This document shows positions 1 through 11,086 of a stretch of 64,000 nucleotides of DNA, piece by piece. Position numbers and translations under genes: made by a program. Position 1 is the stretch's first letter. Each line of letters opens with the position of its first letter. A model generated the notes under the pieces. It searched no databases. It was not told the DNA's origin and saw only the letters and a list, made by a program, of their open reading frames with translations. The stretch comes from Setoptus koraiensis (taxonomy: Eukaryota > Animalia > Arthropoda), in the NCBI GenBank assembly GCA_048013815.1, contig CM106585.1, positions 10,230,001-10,294,000 on the forward strand. Reading direction: 5' to 3'.

Positions 1-34
1 TCAATCTGTCACATATCCGGTTTATGTTTTAACT

Positions 35-165
35 GGGATACGGTCGTTTCAGAGACGTAAGTTTCAGCGAAGTACACTTCGGAGACGTATATTTCAGAGA
101 ACGTCTATTTCAGCGAACGTATTTTCCAGAGAACGAATGTTTCAGCGACGGACATTTCATCGAAT
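35..165. repeat. Subterminal repeat array / probable terminus of a MULE (Phantom-like) DNA transposon
   Basis: GGGATACGG at 35 is followed by 8 degenerate copies of TTTCAG(C/A)GA(A/C) at about 47, 62, 77, 92, 108, 124, 140 and 155 (15-16 bp period). It lies directly 3' of a MULE transposase C-terminus. The partner TIR is not in the window. Confidence 0.65.
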
Positions 166-237
166 ATGATTATTATATGATTATCATGATATCATATGAA
201 TACGATACTTGACGACTGATTGATATTACTAATTGAA

Positions 238-623
238 CTACTCCTCTACTTCAGTCTCATCGTCATCTATTGAGAAGACAAAAGTAAATTTCAGATTGTG
301 AGCTAGACTTTTTAGAAATTCAAGATTTTCTCGATTGCTTCGATCTTCATAAACAGATCTTATGCTTTGTTCGCGTCTAGCTAACGCTGTGTTTGGCGGG
401 ATGAGCTGGCCGGACTCCAATTTTTCTATCATTATCATCACAGCATGATCTTCATCTCTAAACAATCCAACACGACCATAAACTCCAAGATGCTTATGGC
501 CAGATAAGCAACCAAACCTGCAATACCACGCTTCCAATGCATTTTGAGTGCGAGGTAAGCTGCGATCCTTTAGTTCGCTCACTGACCACATCGCAGATGC
601 GAATTGGGGACCACTTCCGGTTC
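238..623 (-). mobile_element. MULE/Mutator-family transposase C-terminal fragment (5'-truncated)
   Basis: Translation PQFASAMWSV..LPRTQNALEAWY..GHKHLGVY..R..IRSVY..EFLKSLAHNL matches the invertebrate MULE C-terminal pattern (P.F...W / PRTNN..EGW / H / YL..IAHN). Homology stops at ~620, where chemoreceptor 3' flank sequence begins. Confidence 0.75.
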
Positions 624-855
624 CCCGAACATAGCAACGTAATAATTATACTACCATAATTTGATCATGCATGCACATTCAAACAATTGATAGAACTTTG
701 AGAGGATGGATCGCCTGACATAGCTGAGAACGTACTATAAACCTCAATGAGTTGCACCCTCTATATGCATGTCTTTATTGTGAATATTTATCGGATTCCT
801 ATAGTGTGAGCGTGGCGGTTTTGACTAGTTTACCGATGAATCGAAAGGAATTTGT

Positions 856-3016
856 TTATCTCAGATCTAGAGTGAAGGAGTATTGCAAGAATGTATACAC
901 TGCTGTTGTGATCCACACAAAAATCTTTGATAGGAAAATAGTTTAGAAAAAAAGTTGATCGTTAATAATTGATGCCACAAGAGTTGGTACTGATAAGGAT
1001 TTGGATAAATGAGTTTGCAAGAAAGATCATTATGAAACTTACTGTAAGAAAACGATCGTGCTTGATTGCGAAAGTACGAAACAAGACAAATGATGTGGCC
1101 GATCTAGATCGGAGATGCTCCGAGGTCTCTGTCAATGCGGATCTATTTCGTGGCTTCAGCAAGGACTGAGCTGATAGCAATATTAAATTCTCATTGATGA
1201 TTTTGTACTAGAATCATTTTTTTGTTTGATGTTGAGATTAAATGAAAAACAAATGTTCTTACAATTAGAAGAGCGATGAAAAATGATGAGAAAAGAGCAG
1301 TGAAGTAGACTGATCATTGTGCGAAATTACCCTTCGCGACAGCTGGGACAGGAAGAATATTTGACAAAACACATTGATCACGTAGCTAATACCAGCAAAG
1401 CCAAAGACCAGAAAAGTGATAGCCAGCCGTCCGGAACATATCGCACAATTATAGGCACTGACCATTGAGCTTAGAACCCAAGTGCATGAGCACAATGACA
1501 TAAATACATCTAAATCGGTTCTATCGGTGAATACTTCTTTCAGTATTTTCATTTCATACAATAGTTGATGCAAAACTATCAACATTTTTTCGCATTCCTC
1601 ATCACATGTTTGCAATCGCCAACGAAGAGAATCATCAAATGAGGTCTTCTTGCGTTCTTTTGCTCGATCTTCCAGTGGATATGTTGGATATGTCATTTCT
1701 TTTTCATTAAGATATGCAGAGAATGCTGGATTTGAGGCAGTTAGATTTCGGAATGATAAGTCCCGCTCCCTCTTCAGAGTAAATCCAACACAGTTAATAG
1801 AGCGCCCATAATGTTGGTGATACGAAATTTTGATCATGTTTAGTTGCTCAATGAATTCTGTTAATTGAGTATTATAAATAGATAATCTATTAGCAAAAAC
1901 AATTGCCACTTCCATAAGGAAATAAGAATCTCCGAAACTAATCAAATGCAGGCATACACCCATAAATATGTAAGCAGTTTTCGACCAAGCCAACAAACCA
2001 CCAGCGGTTTTGTCCGAATCAACTACGATAAGTGAAAGTCCAGGAGTATCAGTAGTGGTCCAGTAGTATTGCAGCGAAAAGAGCATCGGTATAACTATCA
2101 TAAGAACAAGTAAGAGAATTGTAACTCTAACTAGAGTCTTGTATACATGAGAGGCGCATAACACACCGTTGTGATGATGTATGGCCATCAAGTCGAAGCT
2201 AGATATATCTTGCTTATTCATTTCTTTCAATATTGGATATTCCTTGATTAAATATTCAGGCATGGGCCTGCTGAGCACAAAATAAAGAATGCACTCTTTC
2301 AAAGTAAATCTAGTAGAATGCAAGAATTCTTGGTATTGAATGAAATCGCTCACAAAACCAGTAGATGTGTCGGCGGATAATACTGGCGATGGAAAATAAG
2401 TATAGTCTGTGTTTCTACGACAATTCTTTTTGGCTACTTGATGTCTGAATAAGCAAAATAACCTTTCGGCAAAGTTGTTCAATCCATATAAGAATGATAT
2501 AATATTCAATCTTCTTCGATATTCTTTCATGGGGCCGAAAAGATCATACGTAAGTACTCTCCTGACTGTCAGCTTGTACGATTCGGTATCATTCCAAGTT
2601 TGCCGTGATTCTTCTATGTATTTGGACAGATTAAATCCGTTGTAGGATGTTTGCGAGAGCCAGATCATCAGGAAGATCATTTGTAAGAAGTGGAAGAATA
2701 GCCTCAATTTACAATGTCGATACATCACAATGAATACTCGCTGACCGGACCCGTACTCGACATCGTAATAATAGGGCATCCAAGAAAAGTTGCAGCAATG
2801 TGTGATTCTCATGGCCAAAGCAAACACGTTGAATTTTGCTCTATCGTTCCAATTCCCTTTTCCTCTATTGATGTCTGCGGAAGTCCCACGATCTAATATG
2901 TCCATTTTATATGAACTTGCCATGGTTGGTTGTTTAAATCCTGGACTCATGTCTGCTTCGATCGTTTCACCATTTATTAACTGATTCGGACTGTTTGGTT
3001 GTCCCGAGATAATCAT
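856..3016 (-). CDS. Gustatory-receptor-like 7TM ion channel, copy A (639 aa)
   Basis: Manual splice model complement(856..924,1043..1207,1331..3016). GT-AG phase-0 introns of 123 and 118 nt. Last exon IFVWITTAVYTFLQYSFTLDLR* resembles the GR S7b TYhhhhhQF motif. About seven hydrophobic segments. Confidence 0.75.
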
Positions 3017-3445
3017 TGGTCTTTAAAGAATAATGATTCTAGGAAAAAAATAATTGAGGGAAAAACACACAAACTCCAGTGAGCACTATCAACACAGCTC
3101 TACGGTATACCTATTTCGAGCTTAGATTGGCAAATGTCATCATATTAACTGTTTAATAGCGTGTTTCAATCAGGTTGAACTTTCGCGAAAAAGTTGCAAA
3201 AATCATTGAGAGAGCATAAGGGCTTGATTGGATTATAACACGTTAATGTGTAAATTGATTAGTTGGCGCATCAATATTATACCATCATCATCTGAGATGA
3301 ACTGTTTCGTGACGAAAATTCGAAGAAAATTTTGCTCGCGGGCACCCGAACATAGCAACGTAAACGTTATACTACTATAATTTGATCATGCATGCTGTAA
3401 CACTTGTACAATGCTTGACTTATTAAACTAGGGACTATTACTGTA

Positions 3446-3846
3446 CAGGGTGTCCCACGAAAGACCTGCATACTTTATTCTTGAATAACTTCAGATCCCC
3501 ACCGTAGGGGGCGCTCAACTTTTTTTTCAAGAGAATATGAGTCAAAGGAAATCTGTTGACAATGATTTCATCATTGTAAGTTGCACGATAGACCCATAAC
3601 ACGACTAAATGAAGAATTTTCGGTGTGAAAACTTCCTGAAAAACTGAACCTCTGCGCAGAATTCAGCGAAAATGTACCTTTGCTTATGGAAATGTTTCAA
3701 AACTTTTCGTGGCGCATAATGATAGAACCTTTACCAATAAATTTCCTTTGACTAATATTCTCCAGAAAAAAAAGTTGAGCGCCCCTACGGTGGGGATCTG
3801 AAGTTATTCAAGAATAAAGTATGCAGGTCTTTCGTGGGACACTCTG
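3446..3846. mobile_element. Non-autonomous Tc1/mariner-type MITE (401 bp)
   Basis: ~105-bp near-perfect TIRs starting CAG(G/A)GTGTCCCACGAAAGACCTGC (3446-~3552 and ~3741-3846). Flanked by TA at 3444-3445 and 3847-3848. No internal transposase. Confidence 0.92.
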
Positions 3847-4187
3847 TATATAGTGCCTGTGAATGGTTGCTACCATCATTTATTAACATGAGTTGAGTAT
3901 GAGTAGGAAATCGACCACGATTGGTCTCTGTACAAGGTTTATATAGTGAGAGATGGCAGCTTCATAGCTAAAAAGTGCGTAGCGCGACGTTTGAACGTTA
4001 CAATGCACATCCAAACAATTGATAGAACTTTGAGAGGATGGATCGCCTGAAATAGCTGAGAACGTACTATAAACCTCAATGAGTTGCACCCTCTATATGC
4101 ATGTCTTTATTGTGAATATTTATCGGATTCCTATAGTGTGAGCGTGGCGGTTTTGACTAGTTTACCGATGAATCGAGTGGAATTTGT

Positions 4188-6269
4188 TTATCTCAGATCA
4201 AGAGTGAAGGAGTATTGCAAGAATGTGTACACTGCCGTTGTGATCCATACAAAAAGCTATGATCATGTAGAATACATTTAGAATATTTGATTGCAAAAAT
4301 GATGATTAGTTTGATAAATATTTTTTTTGACAAGAATCAGATTATGAATGAGACAAATGAATATGAGACTAACTGTAGGAAAATGATCATGCTTGATCGA
4401 AAATGTCCGAAACAACACAAATGATGTGATCGATCTGCAACGGAGATGCTCAGATGTCTCTGTAAGCAAGCATCTATTTCGTGGCTTTAATACTCTTTGC
4501 GATGAGAGCGATACTAAATTTCCGTTGATAAGTTTAAACTGGGATCACATATCAGTCGCATCACGTAGATTCATGTCAAGACGTCATGAAAATGTCATAC
4601 AAACAAAAGTATGAATATTTTTATATGAGAGAGATGAAGTGGCGGTACAAAGATAAGGTTCTGAATTATGTTGATTTACCTTTTGTGATATTTGCGACAT
4701 GAAGAACAATTGACAGACCACATTGGTCATGTAGCTAAGACCAACAAAGCCAAAGACCAGAAAAGTAAGAGCTAACCGTCCGGAACATATCGCACAATTA
4801 TAGGCACTGACCATTGAGCTTAGGAGCCAAGTGCATGTGCACAATGAAATCAATATATCTAAATCAGTTCTATCGGTGAATACTTCTTTCAGTATTTTCA
4901 TTTCATACAATAGTTGATGCAAAACTATCAACATTTTTTCGCATTCCTCATCACATGTTTGCAATCGCCAACGAAGAGAATCATCAAATGAGGTCTTCTT
5001 GTATTCTGTTGCTCGATCTTCCAATGGATGAGATGGATATGATTGTCTTTTTCTCTCGGAATACAAAGAACATACCGGATATGAGACTCGATCTTGGATT
5101 TCGGAATTCACCTCGTTTTTCTCCGTGATATCACATTTTCTTAAAGGCCGACAGCTCAGAGCGTAAGTATTTGCTAAAATACTCAGTTGCTCGATAAGTT
5201 TCACTAATTGTATGTTGTAGATGAACAATCTGTTCGCAAGTATAACCGCCATCTCTGAAAGAAATTGAGAATCTCCGAAAGGGACAAAATTGAGAAGTAC
5301 TACGATGTAGAGATAACCAGTTTTTGACCAAGCCACGAAACCATTATCTAAAGTGATGTTATCCGTGTTGACTCTATATATAGATGGTCCACGGATGCTT
5401 ATAAGATAATAATATTCAATTGCAATAAACAGTGGTACAGCAAACAGCGTAATAATTAAGATACTCGTATATCTGACTAGAATCTTGTATATGTGAGAAG
5501 CGCATACAAATCCGTCGTGTTGATGTATGGCCATCAAGTCGAAGGTAGATATATCTCGCTGATTCATTTCTTTCAGTATTGGATATTCCCTAATCAAATA
5601 TTCAGGTATGGGCCTGCTGAGCACAAAATAAAGAATGAATTCCTTTAAGGTGAATCTAGTGGAATACATGAATTCTTCGTACCTAACAAAATCGCTCACA
5701 AAACTAGTAGATGATTCGCCGGATAGCATTGACTGTGGGAGATTGGTATATTCAGTAATTCCGCGGCTGCTTTTTCTTGCTACCTGGTGACGGAATAAAC
5801 AGAATAATCTCTGGATAAAATTGTTTAATGCATACAAGAATGTTACGATGTTTAATCTTCGTCGATAATCCTTAATTGGCCTGAACATGTCATAGGTGAG
5901 CGTGCTTCTAATAGCCATCTTATACCATTGGTAATTGCTAAATTCTTTCTCATTGCATTCCAGATATTCTGATAGATTGAATCCATTGTAGGATGTTTGT
6001 GAGAGCCAAACCATTATTAAAGTTATATGTAGACAATGCAAAAAAAGTCTAAATTTACAATTTCGGTACATAACAATGAAAATTCGTTGACCTGAACCAT
6101 ACTTGATATCATAGAAGTAGGGGCACCAAGCGAAGTTAAAGCAACTAAGCAATCGTATGGCCACAGCGAATACATTGAATTTTGTTGCTTCGCTTTGAAT
6201 CGCATTTTGTGTTCTCTTTACGAAGTCTTTGCCAAGACTTGATGTGCTGATCCCAATTAAGTTCGGCAT
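4188..6269 (-). CDS. Gustatory-receptor-like 7TM ion channel, copy B (607 aa)
   Basis: complement(4188..4256,4374..4538,4680..6269). Phase-0 introns of 141 and 117 nt. Last exon LFVWITTAVYTFLQYSFTLDLR*. Closest paralogue of copy A. Confidence 0.75.
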
Positions 6270-6741
6270 CTTTGATTCCCGGAATTAGAACGTCATATCC
6301 GTTTGAACCTAAACCATTCTATGAATGATCTTATCGAAAATGTCCCAAGAGAATGACTTTTCTTTGCTCGTTCTAGAATCTAGAATGATCGATGAACTGC
6401 ATGCAGCAAACTGTATAGATGCAGTTGTGCCACAGCATAGCTATTTTTGGAGGCGCACCGCAATTACGACAAATGGCAAATTTCATTTTGTCGACTTTCT
6501 AATGGCGTGCTCAAATGACATCACGCTTCCACTAAAAGTTAGTACCTGAGATGCAATTATCTATTTAGTGTGCAAGGCTCATGAGAGACTCTCAAATAAA
6601 TTTATTTTTACTTTTGGTTGCTATTACTTAGACGATTCAAAATGCGCACTGGAAAAGAAAATGTCTAATTTTGATCTGAGTGATAACATTCGAGAAACGC
6701 ATGATAGTGATTTGGTTCACTCCTTTTCTTACATACCATGC

Positions 6742-8800
6742 CTAATTCAATTCAAGAGCGTTAGAGAATTGCAAGCACGCATAAACTGCTGTCGTTATCC
6801 ACACGAAGAGCTGAAATTTAGATAGAGGGATTGGTCATGAAACAAATGCGAACAAAAATACTCGAAATGTGTCATTTTACTCACTTCGCACCGAGCAAAA
6901 ATCTGTTGGGTATAGTCTGGGTACTTACTTTGAGAAAATTTTCATTATTGACTGACACAGTTCGAAGCAGAACAAATGAAGTTTCAGATCCCGATCGAAG
7001 AAATTTGGATGTCTCGATTATCCAGTAACGAGTTTTCGGTTTCAAAATATGTTGTTCCACTAATAACAACAGAAGATTCCGATGGATAGTTTTGAACTCA
7101 TTTTTTTTCGGACAGAGTTGAGCGATTGATGTTGGTTGACGAAAAAGATAATTACTTAGAATGTTTTGATATATCAAGTTACCTTCAGCAGATAATTCTA
7201 TAAAAACGCAGCTTACTTTTTCAGCAATGCGAACCAAAAAGAATAATTGTAGGACAACATTGGCCAAGTAGAAATTCCCCATACAAGTGAATATAATGAG
7301 AGGCCATTTGGTGGTGCACGTTTTGCGATTGAAAGCAACTAACCACGTACCTAGAACCCATGTGTATGAACACACTGACATGAAGACATCTATGTCAGTT
7401 CTATCAGTAAATATTTCCTTCCACAGTTTAAATTCGAACAGTAGCTGATGCAGAATCATGACCATGCGTCTGCATTTCGAATCTAATGATCGCTGTGTTT
7501 TTATTTTGGATGTAACCGGTAGCGACGAAAGGCGTCTGTCATATCGAAAAAGCATCATATCATTATAGTTCTTAGAATAAGGATTTCTTGTTGGTGAGGT
7601 GTGGTAATGGCTCCCTTTTATTCTGTCCTTATGTCTCATAAACTGTGTTGGTTCATAATGATTGCTATCAGTGTTCAGATCGTTAGTCAAGATGTTCAGC
7701 TGCTCGATGAAATCGATCAATTGTATGTTATATATTGATAATCTGTCTGATAGTAGTATTGAACGACATATGAGTACAAATGATTCGATTACGGTGCTAA
7801 CATTCAGAAATACAAGCAGCATCAAGTCAATATGTTTGATACAGTAAACGAAAGTAGTCCCTTCAAAATAGTCATCCTGGCCATAAACTTTCAGTAAGAC
7901 AATGGTTAACTGTGAAAAAAAACAAGTTTCTAGCACTATGATTAGAAGGCCGACGATTGCTACTCGAACCAAGGTTTTGTATACTTTTGTCGAGCACCAC
8001 AGTCCTCCATCAATACATATTGCCATAAGATCGAATTCTATTATGTCCTTTTGTGTCATTTCCTTTAGAACAGGGTACTCTCTTGTGAGATGTTCGGGCA
8101 CAGGTCTATTGAGTAAACAATAAAGAATGTATTCTTTACAGGACAATTTCAAAGAGAATAAAAAGTCCCGGAGCATGATTATCTCACAAAAATTTGATCG
8201 AGATTTCTCATGCAGGAGATTTCCAATTATGCTAGGTCTTGAAGTTCTTTGCTTCTGGTATCTTAACAGACAATAAAGTCTTTGCGAAAAGGAGTTCAAT
8301 ACGAATGAGAAAACCAAAACATTCATCCTTCTACGATAGCCAGCGACTGAGCTCCACACATCATGAGTGATTATTTCTACGATCGCTGACCAGCAAAATT
8401 TTTTGACTTGAGATATTGGAATATTTGCATAATCCATGTTATCATTATAATTGGTTTGGCTTAAATAATTGCCAAAATATTTTGCCAGGCCGAATCCACA
8501 ATAGGCACACTTTAGAAGCCACATAAACAGGTATAGCATCTGGAGACTGCAAATGAGTGATCTCAACTTACTCTCCTTGTAAATAATAGTGAGAACCCGC
8601 TGTCCTGTTCCATACTTGCTTATCTCATAATATTGGGGAATCAAAGAGTAGTTAAAGTAGTCAATCAACAAGTAGCCCAAGTAGAAAGCATTAAATCTTC
8701 CCATTTTGCCATGAATTACATCTGCATTCTTCTGTCCATCATTGCTGGCTTCTTGACTGCCAACTGAATTAAATCTTGAGGTCGCTAAATTGATCGCCAT
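6742..8800 (-). CDS. Gustatory-receptor-like 7TM ion channel, copy C (606 aa spliced; 646 aa if intron 1 retained)
   Basis: complement(6742..6810,6929..7096,7217..8800). Intron 1 (120 nt) is in-frame, stop-free and has a weak GAG acceptor. Last exon LFVWITTAVYACLQFSNALELN*. Confidence 0.72.
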
Positions 8801-10601
8801 CTGAATGTCAGTATATAATAGTTAGTAGAAGTTTCGCGATGATTATGGATCGGATTATGAAGCGAATAGGGGTACTGGCATAAGAGTGCATCGTTGAATT
8901 TGTCTAGGTGTAGTCTACAAAATGAAGCGAAGAGCTACACAATCTCGTGCAATCGGCAATAAGTATTGCCAGCATCAAGACAGATTAAATTTATTGTAGG
9001 AAGTTTACGCTACTCATTTTGAAAAAAACTGTATAGAGTGTCTATTTTGCGATAAGCGCAAGTCAATAACGTGCTTAATTCTTTGGATACTGATCGCATC
9101 TCAATCTCACCCAAACTGCCTGACTCGTTCATCAAAAAGTCGCATAAAAATCATACACAAAAGTTTGGAATTTTTTGGCCTAGGTCGTGCTTATCTAGAC
9201 GTAGCATAAAGTTAGTGTGCCCGCTTGAATGGTTCGTAGAAACAAAGGAAATCTTAGGCCAATTGGCATAAATTCAGAACCTGTCTGACTAAAATGCCCC
9301 TACTGCTCGAATTAAAGATAACTGCGCTATCTAACACCTTTAACTAAACCGACAGAGATATTCGATTGTTTATTGGTCCGTCTAATCAATGCTAGCCTGA
9401 AATCATCAGTCCTAGTTTTATCAATCGACATGGGTCACGATTCTTTCAATGCGTATTACTCCTTGCACAATAGCGATATAGGATCTAAGCGATCGCATCA
9501 GTACTATTGCGATCAAATAAAAAATAAAATTCAGCTGAAATTTATGAGAGATGCCATAGAGATCGCATGAAAACTCGAGTGATTAATGAAGTCACGCACG
9601 AAGGTGTTATACGGAAGATATCATTCATTATCAAGAGAGAGGCACAGGCAAAACTCGAGATATGATTTCCGTTATATCGGCTATTCGTGCTTGGCATCAA
9701 AATCTTTGAGGGAAGAGAACTGTTTTTTTTTCCGAAAAAAGACCCACGTTGCCAATTCAGCGAGACATTCTTCGACGAAATAGAGTCAAGTAAAGAAAAT
9801 GGCCATTCGAGAAAAAATGAGAATATTCGCTTGATTTTTTTTCACCTTTTAGTTGGACAAATGTCCATGTTTGATTGATTCATTCTACGGAGGGAAATAT
9901 TTTTAGCATTTTGACAGATAGATGATGATTCTATGCTCTGTAGTTATTCTTCCATCGTTTCCACGAGATTAAATCGAGATATTGCGATTCAAAAGATTAT
10001 CTATCCCAGCGCCGGATAAAAAAGTTTACCATCATCTGGACTGCCCGTCTGCAGATCTTTACATCCTGTTTCTTCAAAAATCTTCTCTTTTTTTCTCTTC
10101 TTCTAACCATGTTAAGGCAAAAGTTTCTGCCAGGCTTGATATTTTGCAGATTGAATATATCCAAAAATTACTCAAGCACCACCGTCAAACTTTTAGAACC
10201 TGGCATTGAGAGACTCATCGCTATTTTGTATGAAACCTCTGACACATCGATCGAGAAGATCATCATTGACTCAGACCGTCAGAAATTGGTAGATTTCCAC
10301 TCTAACCTCGACGAAATTTTTAGCTTAAAATGCAACATCTTCTTAAAATCGTCTCCTAGAGTGAACACATCTGGAATGATTCCTGAATACCTCTCGACTT
10401 CCGATAAGTAATTGATCGGCAAAATTGTCTTTTCAACTTTCAGAGCTGATGCCTTGTCATCAATTTCAATGCTCGAGCTGATATAAATGAGGATTGTTTT
10501 ACCTTAGCAGCAACTCCGCTCGTTGATAGGAATCCCATGGCTTGAAAATCGCTACTGATCAAATTCAGACAAACACGATCTAATAAGATAAGTAACAATG
10601 T

Positions 10602-11015
10602 TTAATTTATGTCAATAGCACTGAAGAATTGTAAAAATGTATAAACTGCTGTTGTTATCCATACAATGAGCTAAAAATTAAAATATATAATATATTTAGA
10701 TCAAAAGTTGACAATGCCTCGATGAAACAATGAGCCCGATCAAAAAGTTTTAGTAGAGATTTTTTGATTTGAGCGGAACGAATCCCAATACTAACTTTGA
10801 GAAAATTTTCGTTTGTGACTGAAACAGTTCGCAATAGAACGAATTTCGTCTCCGAGCCTGATTGAAGATGTTTCGATGTCTCCATCAACCAATAACGAAT
10901 CCTTGGCTTCAACGTATGTTGTTCTACCAACAGAATCAAGATGCTTTGATTGATGAGCTTGAACTGATATACAACGAAATAGTTAATTTGAATTCAGAGC
11001 AGAAGATTTTATATT

Positions 11016-11086
<71 letters not shown>

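Noticed and set aside
47-165. Regularly spaced short repeats superficially like a CRISPR array
   Set aside because: 15-16 bp period with ~5-nt spacers, eukaryotic context and an adjacent MULE transposase indicate transposon subterminal repeats.
752-4281. Near-identical plus-strand 64-65 aa ORFs (752-946, 4084-4281; also 969-1169 and 4393-4614)
   Set aside because: Antisense shadows of duplicated exons 2-3 and 3' flanks of GR-like copies A and B.
9560-10450. Several partly open plus-strand frames between GR copies C and D
   Set aside because: No recognisable homology or splice model; compatible with random ORFs or an unidentifiable decayed gene.
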